Below are positions 43,540-52,483 of a stretch of 64,000 nucleotides of DNA, in pieces. The stretch comes from Candidatus Magasanikiibacteriota bacterium. GTDB taxonomy: Bacteria; Patescibacteriota; Patescibacteriia; Magasanikbacterales; UBA922. The stretch spans positions 15,340-79,339 of the forward strand of contig JBPOIO010000023.1 in the NCBI GenBank assembly GCA_052034405.1. Direction: 5' to 3'. The notes under the pieces were generated by a model. It saw only the letters and a list, made by a program, of their open reading frames with translations, was not told the DNA's origin and did no database searches. Position 1 is the stretch's first letter. Each line of letters begins with the position of its first letter. The position numbers and the translations under genes are program-made.

Positions 43540-45216
43540 ATGGATACAGTTCAGATAGAAGAAATGATGATACAAATTTTAGAAAAAAAGCCCTCTACAA
43601 AAGACGAGCTCAATTTTTGGCGGACAAAAATGGCAAGTGAATTCAAGACCAACCAGCCACCCACTCGCCTTCTTCTCGTAGCATATCAGAATTTACTCAA
43701 AAAGAAAAGAATCAAACGCCACAAAGATTTTGAAAAGCTCCTCACCAAAGCAGATATTCGCAGTAGCTCGGGAATTTCTGTTATTACGACACTTCTGAAA
43801 CCCTATACCTGCCCAGGAAAATGCATCTATTGTCCAACAGAAGTCCGTATGCCAAAAAGTTATTTGGCAAGCGAACCAGCAGCCGCACGATCTCTGGCCC
43901 TCAACTTCAACCCCTACAAGCTCATGCAATTGCGTATAGAGATGCTCGAGCGCAATGGCCATTCTACAGACAAAATTGAATATATCACCAAAGGTGGAAC
44001 CTGGAATGCCTATCCACTCAAATACCAATACTGGTTTATTTTGGAATCCTTCAAAGCCTGCAATAATTTTTCTCGCCGAAAACAAATTCCAGAAAGCGAA
44101 GAATCTGACTGGAATGATCGACCACTTGAAGAACTCCAAAAAGCACTCGACATTGAAATCAAATACAATGAAAAATGCGCGCATCGTATTATTGGACTTA
44201 CCCTCGAAACACGACCAGACGCCATCTCGCCAAAAACTATTTACCACATGCGCCGCCAAGGTTGCACCCGTGTAGAACTTGGTCTGCAAGCACCTGACGA
44301 TAAAATTCTCGAACTCATCAAACGTGGTCATACAGTAGAGCAATTTCGCAAAGCGATTTATTTGCTTCGCCAGGCTGGATTCAAAGTCGACCTTCACTTT
44401 ATGCCAGATCTCCCAGGAACTACCCCAGAGCACGATGTAGAAATGTACAAACTGCTTTTTAGCGACCTAGGCCTTCGACCTGACATGGTCAAAATTTATC
44501 CAAATGCAGTCATCCCCTCTGCCGAACTCTACCAATGGTTTCTTGATGGACGCTTCAAACCATATGGCGAAGAAGCACTCTTCAAATCCCTTCTCGAAAT
44601 GAAACTTGCGACTCCTCGCTACTGCCGCATATCACGCCTCATTCGCGACATTCCAGCAAACGAAATTGAAGGTGGAAACAAAATCACCAACCTGCGTGAA
44701 ATGCTCGAGACAGAACTCAAAAAACGCGGGCGACACTGCGTCTGTTTGCGTTGCCGTGAAATCTCTCGCCAAAAAGACAATATTCCTCTTGAAACAGAAC
44801 CCACACTTTTTGCGGATGAGTATGATACTATTGGTGGAAAAGAATATTTCATTACACTCGAAGACCCAAAACGCGTAGCCGTATTTGGATTTTTGCGTCT
44901 TCGTATCCCCGACCAAGCAAACAAAATTGATACGATTCAAAAACAGTTTGATAGCTATCTCCCAGAACTCAAAGACTGCGCATTTGTCCGCGAACTTCAC
45001 GTTTACGGAACATTGGTTGGAATCGGCAAACGAAATGTTGATGCCAGTCAGCATAAAGGATATGGAAAAAGACTTATGGCAGCAGCAGAAAAGATTGCCG
45101 CAGAAAATGGATACGGCAAAGTCGCTGTTATTTCTGGAGTTGGCGTGCGTGGATATTACCGCAAACTTGGCTACAAACTTCGAGGTACTTATATGATAAA
45201 AAACCTCTTTATATAG
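43540..45216 (+). CDS. elp3: Elp3 radical-SAM/KAT tRNA U34 carboxymethyltransferase
   Basis: CPGKCIYCP, MPKSY, GGT, ETRPD, ELG.Q, KIYP, RELHVYG, QHKGYG, VISGVGVR.YYRKLGY. Confidence 0.93.
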   Translation: MDTVQIEEMMIQILEKKPSTKDELNFWRTKMASEFKTNQPPTRLLLVAYQNLLKKKRIKRHKDFEKLLTKADIRSSSGISVITTLLKPYTCPGKCIYCPTEVRMPKSYLASEPAAARSLALNFNPYKLMQLRIEMLERNGHSTDKIEYITKGGTWNAYPLKYQYWFILESFKACNNFSRRKQIPESEESDWNDRPLEELQKALDIEIKYNEKCAHRIIGLTLETRPDAISPKTIYHMRRQGCTRVELGLQAPDDKILELIKRGHTVEQFRKAIYLLRQAGFKVDLHFMPDLPGTTPEHDVEMYKLLFSDLGLRPDMVKIYPNAVIPSAELYQWFLDGRFKPYGEEALFKSLLEMKLATPRYCRISRLIRDIPANEIEGGNKITNLREMLETELKKRGRHCVCLRCREISRQKDNIPLETEPTLFADEYDTIGGKEYFITLEDPKRVAVFGFLRLRIPDQANKIDTIQKQFDSYLPELKDCAFVRELHVYGTLVGIGKRNVDASQHKGYGKRLMAAAEKIAAENGYGKVAVISGVGVRGYYRKLGYKLRGTYMIKNLFI

Positions 45217-45236
45217 CGAATTTGTAGCATTTTCTA

Positions 45237-45350
45237 TTGACAAAACGAGCAAAATCATGTATACTGCAAGGTCCTTGTTTGGATGTTCTTTGCAAGGGTG
45301 GCACTATTTTCTTTTTATAAAGTGAAAAAAAGAGAATGTTGCCACCCTTG
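45237..45350 (+). promoter_or_regulatory. Promoter TTGACA-17-TATACT, boxA-like TGTTCTTTGCAA and long leader hairpin (45293-45350)
   Basis: Consensus hexamers; CAAGGGTGGCA/TGCCACCCTTG 11-bp perfect stem. Confidence 0.65.
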
Positions 45351-45377
45351 ACCACTGACCCAACTGAGGAGAATGTC

Positions 45378-45584
45378 GTGATTTTTCGCGTGAATTTGGA
45401 AGAGGCACGCCGTATGCGTGCAATGCTGGAGTGGTGGGATAAAAACCACCACAAGATGCACATCATCAAGCCGATCATCACAAACCACAACAACAACCAA
45501 GGGACGCTCGACGTCGAGCTCCCGATCTCGCCCGACGATTCGTGCGACCTCCTCCCCTCGGCCAGCGGCGAATTCCGCCTCTGA
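45378..45584 (+). CDS. GC-rich 68-aa orphan (GTG start; IFRVNLEEARRMRAMLEWW...EFRL)
   Basis: GAGGAG SD 6 nt upstream; own promoter; 3' hairpins. Confidence 0.55.
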   Translation: MIFRVNLEEARRMRAMLEWWDKNHHKMHIIKPIITNHNNNQGTLDVELPISPDDSCDLLPSASGEFRL

Positions 45585-45616
45585 GCAAAACACGGCGCCA
45601 CGCGCCCACGACAGCC

Positions 45617-45686
45617 CCCGTCCGCCCTCACTTCGAGGCGCGGACGGGACAAGAAAAAAGCAGCTTTTTCAAAGGCTGTTTTTTGT
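45617..45686 (+). terminator. GC hairpin plus intrinsic terminator closing the orphan unit
   Basis: CCCGTCCGC..CCTC-acttc-GAGG..GCGGACGGG then AAAAGCAGCTTT/AAAGGCTGTTTTTT. Confidence 0.65.
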
Positions 45687-45761
45687 TGCCTTAGCTATAG
45701 AAAAATGATACACTTAGTGCGATAATTTTGATCTAAGTTTTTATTGTTATTAATGAATTTT

Positions 45762-47009
45762 ATGAATACTCAAAAAATCGCCCAGTTTGATCCCGAGCTC
45801 CAAGCCGCTATCACCCACGAATTGCAGCGTCAAGAATCTGGTCTTGAAATGATCCCATCGGAAAATTTTGTTTCTCTTCCCGTTCTCGAAGCACTTGGGA
45901 GTGTCCTCACCAACAAATATTCCGAAGGCTACATTGGCAAACGCTATTATGGTGGATGTGAATTTATTGATGTTGCAGAAGGCCTTGCTATTGACCGTGC
46001 CAAACGACTTTTTGGAGCAGAACATGTCAATGTACAACCACTCTCTGGTGCACCAGCCAATGTAGCCGTATATTTTGCCCTCCTTGAGCCAGGCGATACA
46101 ATTTTGGGAATGGATCTCTCTCATGGCGGACACCTCACCCACGGGCATCCTGTGACCTATATGGCCAAGGTATTCAACTTTATTCGATACAAAACAAACG
46201 CTGAGGGAAACATTGACCTCGACAATCTCCGTGCCATGGCACTTGAACACAAACCAAAAATGATTTTGGTTGGATATAGCGCCTATTCTCGTGAAATTGA
46301 TTATGCTGCAGTCAAAGCCATTGCCGATGAAGTTGGAGCTCTCACCATGGCAGATATTGCTCATATTGCAGGACTTATCGCTGGAGGCGAAATGAACAAT
46401 CCAGTGCCACTTTTTGATGTCGTCACCACAACCACCCACAAAACACTTCGTGGACCTCGTGGTGGTATGATCATGTGTAAAGAAAAACATGCCAAAGCAA
46501 TCGATAAAGCAGTTTTCCCAGGACTCCAAGGTGGCCCACACGAAAACAACATTGCAGCAAAAGCAATTGCCTTCAAAGAAGCACTCGAACCAGAATTCAA
46601 AACATATGCACGCCAAATTCGCCTCAATGCCAAGACACTCGAGCGTAAATTTCGTGAATACGACTACAAACTGATGTTTGGTGGCACTGACAATCACCTC
46701 CTGCTCATCGATGTCACTCCAAAAGGCATTACAGGAAAAGAAGCACAACATGCACTTGACCTTGCGGGTATTACCGTCAACAAAAATATGATTCCAGACG
46801 ATCCACGCTCCCCAATGGACCCAAGTGGTATTCGTCTTGGTACTCCAGCGCTCACCACTCGTGGCATGAAAGAATCTGAAATGGAAATAGTTGCGGATCT
46901 TATCAATCGCGTTATTATGAGTTTCAAAGACGAGAAAGTACTTGCAGAGGTTCGCGAAGAAGTACGCAGTCTCGCTGCAAAATTTCCTCTCTATCCTGAA
47001 CTTCACTAA
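45762..47009 (+). CDS. glyA: Serine hydroxymethyltransferase
   Basis: [38 protein letters not shown]. Confidence 0.97.
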   Translation: MNTQKIAQFDPELQAAITHELQRQESGLEMIPSENFVSLPVLEALGSVLTNKYSEGYIGKRYYGGCEFIDVAEGLAIDRAKRLFGAEHVNVQPLSGAPANVAVYFALLEPGDTILGMDLSHGGHLTHGHPVTYMAKVFNFIRYKTNAEGNIDLDNLRAMALEHKPKMILVGYSAYSREIDYAAVKAIADEVGALTMADIAHIAGLIAGGEMNNPVPLFDVVTTTTHKTLRGPRGGMIMCKEKHAKAIDKAVFPGLQGGPHENNIAAKAIAFKEALEPEFKTYARQIRLNAKTLERKFREYDYKLMFGGTDNHLLLIDVTPKGITGKEAQHALDLAGITVNKNMIPDDPRSPMDPSGIRLGTPALTTRGMKESEMEIVADLINRVIMSFKDEKVLAEVREEVRSLAAKFPLYPELH

Positions 47010-47012
47010 TCT

Positions 47013-48212
47013 ATGCTTCGCCATACAAAGCACAAAATTGCAACGCAGCACCAAAGTCCAGATGGCCGGGTATTTTCTTGGCTGTCACTTATTACAGCGA
47101 TCGGAAACGGAATATTTTTTACTATATTCCCTATCATTCTTTTGGATAAACTCAAAAATGAAAGCCTCGTTGGCTATTACTACTCGGCAATTGCTGTGGT
47201 TATTCTCTTTGCTTGTGTCTATAGCACCGTACTCTTTCAAAAATACTCACGTGTGCTTATTGCCAAAACAGCTCTTATTGGAACAGCGAGTGTACTATTT
47301 CTCATGACACTCCTTGAACAAGTATGGTCTCTTGCTGGTTTTGATATTATACGCAATATTAGTATTATCACCCTTGGAGTAGCACTAAGTATTTTTATTG
47401 ATGACTTTACAGAAAGAAAAAATCTTGCCAAAGCCGAAGGAAAGTTTTACATGTTCAATAACATTGGACTTTTGATCGGGCCAGTCATCGGAGGCTATAG
47501 CGCCAAATATTTTGGAGATTCATCTATATTTATTTTAGCTGGATTTTTTTATCTCATTGCACTCTTTGTTTTTTTGTACCAACATCTCTACCAAAAGAAT
47601 CCTCGTATCACTCATGGCAAACATGAGGAAGACATTCACGAATTGTTTCAAAATATAAAAACATTTTTTCAGAACAAAGAATTTCGTAAAGTTTTTATTC
47701 TTGCTTTTGGCCTCAACTACTGGTGGGCAGTAAGCTTGATTTATATTCCTCTTGAAATAAAAAATCTTGGCTTTGGAGATAATATTGTTGGTTGGATCGT
47801 TGCGGCCATGGCTATTCCACTTATTCTCTTTGAACGAAATACTGGACGAGTCGCTGATAAACGTGGCATCCGATTCCCTGCAACACTTGGATTTTCACTC
47901 CTCGTACTTTTTGTCCTCAGTTTTCCACTCTTGTACTTCAAACCAATCCTTGCACTTATTGCCTTTGCGATAGTAAATTTTGGTGCAGCATGGGTTGAAC
48001 CACTCCAAGAAACATATTTTTTCAAAGTTGCAAAAAAAGAAGAGCGTGAAAAGCTCTATGGAATCTATAATGCAGCACAACCATTTTCATCTATTGTGAG
48101 TCCCTTTATAGGAGGTTTTCTCTACTTTCTTGGTGGATCCAAAGGACTTTGGCTTGGTACAGCAGGCTTTTTGCTTTTGTTTGTCTATAACGCACTACGC
48201 ATCAAAAAATAA
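47013..48212 (+). CDS. MFS transporter
   Basis: 12 hydrophobic segments, G.LIGP.IGG, GRVADKRG. Confidence 0.88.
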   Translation: MLRHTKHKIATQHQSPDGRVFSWLSLITAIGNGIFFTIFPIILLDKLKNESLVGYYYSAIAVVILFACVYSTVLFQKYSRVLIAKTALIGTASVLFLMTLLEQVWSLAGFDIIRNISIITLGVALSIFIDDFTERKNLAKAEGKFYMFNNIGLLIGPVIGGYSAKYFGDSSIFILAGFFYLIALFVFLYQHLYQKNPRITHGKHEEDIHELFQNIKTFFQNKEFRKVFILAFGLNYWWAVSLIYIPLEIKNLGFGDNIVGWIVAAMAIPLILFERNTGRVADKRGIRFPATLGFSLLVLFVLSFPLLYFKPILALIAFAIVNFGAAWVEPLQETYFFKVAKKEEREKLYGIYNAAQPFSSIVSPFIGGFLYFLGGSKGLWLGTAGFLLLFVYNALRIKK

Positions 48213-48216
48213 ATAC

Positions 48217-49443
48217 TTACTTCTTCAAATAGTCCCGTCCTTTGAGTTCAGGTGGAAAATAGTCCTGCTCCACAGGGCCATCAAAATCAGGGTTATATTT
48301 ATAGCCCTTACCATAATCAAGTTCCTTCATAAATTTGGTCGGAGCATTGCGTATATGCAATGGCACCCCGAGATGTGAAGTCGTCTTGGCATCATCCGAG
48401 GCTTTTTTGTATCCAGTATACAAAATATTTGACTTTGCAGACTTTGCACAGTATACCACAGCCTGGGCCAGATTTACTGCACATTCTGGCATACCAATCT
48501 TGTGCGTTGCATCATAAGCTGCGTTTGACTGAATCAAAGCCTCACTATTGGCCATACCAATATCTTCACTTGCGAATCGTATCACACGACGTGCCACATA
48601 AAGCGGATCCACTCCCCCTTCAAGCATCCTCGCAAGCCAATAGAGTGCCGCATTGGCATCACCTCCACGCATAGACTTGTGAAGAGCAGAAATAATATTA
48701 TAAAACTCTTCACCCTTGTTATCAAAAACCAAATGACTTCGCTGCAGTGCTTCTTTGATATCTTCTTTTTGCAAAATTATTTTTGTATTTTTTCCATATG
48801 CTGCAACAGCAAGTTCAAGTCCATTGAGGGCACGACGCGCATCACCACCAGAAAGGTTCGCCAAAAGTTCCAATATTTCGTCACTGATTTCAATCTCTCG
48901 ATTCCCCAATCCAAATTCTTTATTAGACAAAGCTCGTTTCAAAAGCGTTACAATATCCTGCACTTCCAAATTTTTTAATACAAAAACCTGTGAGCGTGAA
49001 AGCAAAGCGTTGATCACTTCAAAAGACGGATTTTCTGTTGTCGCGCCAATCAGGGTCAGTGTTCCATTTTCTACATATGGGAGCAATGCATCTTGCTGTG
49101 ATTTACTCCAACGATGAATCTCGTCAATAAACAAAATTGTTTTTTGACCTTTTTGAAGTAATACTTCAGCTTCTTTTATAATTTTTACAAGTTCTGCTTT
49201 TCCACTCGAAACTGCCGAAATTTGTACAAAAAAAGACCCTGTTTGCGCAGCAATAATACTTGCAAGCGTTGTTTTTCCTACCCCTGGAGGTCCCCAAAAA
49301 ATAAGAGAACGAACTTGATCTGTTTCAATAAGTTTTCGTAGCAGTGCACCTTCGCCGACAATGTCAACTTGACCAACAAAATCATTGAGGCTTTTTGGTC
49401 TCATCTTGTCCGCGAGTGGGATGTGTGTAAGATTCAAAGTCAT
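48217..49443 (-). CDS. rarA: Replication-associated recombination AAA+ ATPase RarA/MgsA
   Basis: PLADKMRP, GPPGVGKT, IDEIHR, ATTENPSF, ISALHKSMRG, VPLH.RNAPT. Confidence 0.95.
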   Translation of the reverse strand: MTLNLTHIPLADKMRPKSLNDFVGQVDIVGEGALLRKLIETDQVRSLIFWGPPGVGKTTLASIIAAQTGSFFVQISAVSSGKAELVKIIKEAEVLLQKGQKTILFIDEIHRWSKSQQDALLPYVENGTLTLIGATTENPSFEVINALLSRSQVFVLKNLEVQDIVTLLKRALSNKEFGLGNREIEISDEILELLANLSGGDARRALNGLELAVAAYGKNTKIILQKEDIKEALQRSHLVFDNKGEEFYNIISALHKSMRGGDANAALYWLARMLEGGVDPLYVARRVIRFASEDIGMANSEALIQSNAAYDATHKIGMPECAVNLAQAVVYCAKSAKSNILYTGYKKASDDAKTTSHLGVPLHIRNAPTKFMKELDYGKGYKYNPDFDGPVEQDYFPPELKGRDYLKK

Positions 49444-50548
49444 AATTATTTTCAAGTTTTGCCTTTCGAAACCAAATAGTATAGAGCTTGTAGGCAAACC
49501 ATTCTTTGAGTTTATGCCACCAACTTCGTTTATCCCAATGAACCGTATCAAGGTCATCCGAATCTTTGAGCCATTCTTCAAGTTTTGTTTTGAGTCGTTT
49601 TACAAAATCTGGATCTTTGATCAAAATATTTGCTTCATAACAATCATAAAAACTTGTATGATCGAGATTACTACTTCCAACCATAGCAAAATCATCATCA
49701 ATCACTACACCTTTTCCATGCATCATTTGTTTGGTCAAGTGAATTTTGACACCAAATTTTTTCATGAGTGCAAACAAAAAATACGACGCGTAGGTCACAA
49801 TACGCAAGTCATTTCGAAAGGGAATGAGTAAATCAATACGAATTCCCCTGCGTCGTGCTGCCCACAATGCCTTCAAAAATTCTTTGTCGGGGAAATAATA
49901 GGGCGAAAAAAGTATAATTCGTTCACGTGCTTTGATAAAACCTTCGGTATATTTTTCACGTACATGTGAAGCAGAGCTTGATGGATCATCATAAATAAAA
50001 TCCACCCCATCCTCGCGTACTCGAAAATGATACTTGAGCAAATGATCGACATTTTTTTTGTCACCACCACAAATAATATACATCTTGGCAAAAGAACGTA
50101 ACAGTGATCGGACAACTTTTCCCTCCACCTTTACATGAAGATCCAACCAATCTTCCATACGTTTTTGAACATTCACTCCGCCAATAAATCCAATATGTTC
50201 GTCAACAACCAAAATTTTCCGATGAGTTCTTGACCAAAGACGTTTCCACCAACCACGATATTTCTTTTTGCGTTTATGAAAAAACAAAAGATCTACTCCA
50301 GAAGCTTTGAGCGATTCAACACGAGATTTGGAAAACCAAAAAGTCCCCAGCGAATCAATAATAAGTATCACCTTCACTCCTTCACGAGCTTTTTGCTCCA
50401 AAATATCAAAAAATGGATGTCCCGCTTCGTCATCTGCAAAAGTAAAAACCTCCCAATAAATAGACTTTTTTGCCTCAAGAATAGCCTTTTTCATGGCCCC
50501 CCAGGCTTCTTGGGTACTGCTATAAATATCGTAGACTGACTTGGTCAT
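49382..50548 (-). CDS. cls: Phospholipase D-family cardiolipin synthase (ClsB-like)
   Basis: Two HKD motifs, HRKILVVD and HGKGVVIDD; GG.N, SPYYFP, GSSNLD. Confidence 0.85.
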   Translation of the reverse strand: MTKSVYDIYSSTQEAWGAMKKAILEAKKSIYWEVFTFADDEAGHPFFDILEQKAREGVKVILIIDSLGTFWFSKSRVESLKASGVDLLFFHKRKKKYRGWWKRLWSRTHRKILVVDEHIGFIGGVNVQKRMEDWLDLHVKVEGKVVRSLLRSFAKMYIICGGDKKNVDHLLKYHFRVREDGVDFIYDDPSSSASHVREKYTEGFIKARERIILFSPYYFPDKEFLKALWAARRRGIRIDLLIPFRNDLRIVTYASYFLFALMKKFGVKIHLTKQMMHGKGVVIDDDFAMVGSSNLDHTSFYDCYEANILIKDPDFVKRLKTKLEEWLKDSDDLDTVHWDKRSWWHKLKEWFAYKLYTIWFRKAKLENNYDFESYTHPTRGQDETKKPQ

Positions 50549-50620
50549 ACGGGCAGAGAAAATAAAAAAGTAGAATGATAATTCTACTTTACTCCAGACA
50601 TAAATTTTTTTCAAGAGATA

Positions 50621-51310
50621 CTATTCAATAATCGTTCCATCAAACTTCTTTCCCGAAAGTGCGGCCTCAAGAGTCTTGAGATTCCGACCATCAACAAAAA
50701 ATACCTTCAAGCCCAATTTTCTTGCAAGTTTACTTGCCATTGGGTCAAAGGGTGTATTCATGCCTGGTTTTCGTTCTTTTGGAATAACATTATCACAAAA
50801 ATATTTCCAGTCTGTACGTTCAATCTTCACTGCATCTTTGAACTGATTTGGATCTTTGTCATAAACATAGGAAATATTTGACAAATTGCACACTTCTTTC
50901 ACCCCATAGGTCTCGGCCAACTTCACAGCACTATGGTCAGTCGTAAACCCTGGTTTCCAGCCAGCTGCAATAATAAGAGATTTATTTGTTTTTACTTTCA
51001 CTCGTGGATCCATCACAATATGTGGATAAGCAAGATCTCCAAAAAGTGCATGCACAAAACGTGCATTGGTATAGGTCACTGCAATTCCCAGCCAATCGAG
51101 CTCTTCCTCCGTCATTTTTACTACTTCCGATGCTGCATTTTGATACTGACGGCAGGTTGCTCCACCACCAATAACAATAATAAATTTTTCACCGCGTTTG
51201 ATACGTTTCAAAAGCATTGCTCGAAATCCTCGAAGAAATTCAATATCAAAACCAGTCTTCGGAATAATAATAGAACCACCAACAGACAAAACTTTGAAAT
51301 TATTTTTCAT
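50621..51310 (-). CDS. pyrH: UMP kinase, archaeal-type
   Basis: LSVGGS, VIGGG..R.YQ, G..PG.TTD, VYDKDP, PFD. Confidence 0.88.
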   Translation of the reverse strand: MKNNFKVLSVGGSIIIPKTGFDIEFLRGFRAMLLKRIKRGEKFIIVIGGGATCRQYQNAASEVVKMTEEELDWLGIAVTYTNARFVHALFGDLAYPHIVMDPRVKVKTNKSLIIAAGWKPGFTTDHSAVKLAETYGVKEVCNLSNISYVYDKDPNQFKDAVKIERTDWKYFCDNVIPKERKPGMNTPFDPMASKLARKLGLKVFFVDGRNLKTLEAALSGKKFDGTIIE

Positions 51311-51319
51311 GGTGTATAT

Positions 51320-51487
51320 TTAGTGAGAAAAAGGACTTGGATGTGCTCGAAATTTTTTATTTGTTGCCTTTATATGTACATGAGCATTTTGACTTTTCAA
51401 AAGTTCGGGTCGATTTGATTTGAAAGTGCTTGGAGTTCTATAGGCAGTTTTGCCTTTTCCAGCACGACTTGAGGCATGATTTTTCAT
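51320..51487 (-). CDS. 55-aa very basic small protein (MKNHASSRAGKGKTAYRTPSTFKSNRPELLKSQNAHVHIKATNKKFRAHPSPFSH); not in ORF track
   Basis: Read manually; fills the gap between co-oriented neighbours (12 and 9 nt spacers). Confidence 0.55.
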   Translation of the reverse strand: MKNHASSRAGKGKTAYRTPSTFKSNRPELLKSQNAHVHIKATNKKFRAHPSPFSH

Positions 51488-51499
51488 ATGTAAATAGAG

Positions 51500-51853
51500 C
51501 TAAATATTCTGAGAATTTTTTTTGAAAATACTATGAACCAATATATTCACAAAACTCATAATCAGCGCTCCAAAAAATGCTGCTTGAAAACCACTTACAT
51601 CAAAACCTTTGACAATAGTTCCTGCGAATTTAAATAGAATAGCATTGATAATCAACGTAAAAAGTCCAAGTGTCAAAATATTAACCGGTAATGTCAATAT
51701 CACCAAAATTGGCTTCAAAATAATATTTATAAGGCCAAGGACAAGGGCTGCAACAAAGGCCGCATACCAACCACTCACATGAATACCCGAAACATACTGT
51801 GAAATGATAAGAAGCGTTGCAGCATTCAAAATCCACCGTAAAAATATATTCAT
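51500..51853 (-). CDS. YvlD/phage-holin-family 4-TM membrane protein
   Basis: LGLIN...KPIL..LTLP..ILTLGLF...INA. Confidence 0.85.
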   Translation of the reverse strand: MNIFLRWILNAATLLIISQYVSGIHVSGWYAAFVAALVLGLINIILKPILVILTLPVNILTLGLFTLIINAILFKFAGTIVKGFDVSGFQAAFFGALIMSFVNILVHSIFKKNSQNI

Positions 51854-51908
51854 AAGAAAATATTATTAATAATTTTAAAGAAAGCACCTCATCGGTGCCT
51901 TCTAAAAA

Positions 51909-52463
51909 TTAAATCGTTTGAATTTCAGTTTCTTTTTCTTCTCCAATACGTTTGATATGATCATTTTGATCACGAACCATACGTTCAAGTTCATCCTGAA
52001 GTGAAAACTTTTCATCTTCGGCGAGTTCTTTTTCTTTGTAGGCTTTATCAATCACAGAACGAACATCTTCACGAACCTGACGAAGTGCGATACGACCTGC
52101 TTCGAGTTTTTGGTGCAAAACTTTGATAAGATCAGCGCGTCTTTCGTGAGTCAAATCTGGAAGAGAAAGACGAATCAATTTTCCATCGTTTACTGGGTTA
52201 ATTCCAAGTGGAGAATTTCGAAGACCTATTTCTACTACCTGCATCAAACCTTTGTCCCAAGGGTCAATATTGAGTGTTTTGGCATCAGCCACAGAAATAG
52301 ATGCTACGGCTTTGAGAGGTTGTCTTCCTCCATAGGCTTCAATAGGAATATCCTCAACAATAGCAGGAGTAGCACGACCTGTACGAAGTGAACTAATATC
52401 TGTTTTGAGGTGTTCTACAACAGCTGAAAATTCTCCTTTGTGCATTTCTAGAATTTGGTGCAT
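51909..52463 (-). CDS. frr: Ribosome recycling factor
   Basis: LRTGRA.P, I.PWD, NDG..IR, LT.ERR. Confidence 0.96.
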   Translation of the reverse strand: MHQILEMHKGEFSAVVEHLKTDISSLRTGRATPAIVEDIPIEAYGGRQPLKAVASISVADAKTLNIDPWDKGLMQVVEIGLRNSPLGINPVNDGKLIRLSLPDLTHERRADLIKVLHQKLEAGRIALRQVREDVRSVIDKAYKEKELAEDEKFSLQDELERMVRDQNDHIKRIGEEKETEIQTI

Positions 52464-52483
52464 ATTCAGTAAATATTAATTAT

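Noticed and set aside
43693-45258. 246-aa and 208-aa minus-strand ORFs
   Set aside because: Antisense shadows of elp3
45750-47054. 434-aa minus-strand ORF
   Set aside because: Antisense shadow of glyA with no recognisable motifs
51021-51029. DnaA box inside pyrH
   Set aside because: Isolated, within coding sequence, compatible with chance
51500-51853. Phage-holin-family gene as prophage evidence
   Set aside because: YvlD-type genes are common chromosomal genes, and no phage genes are nearby
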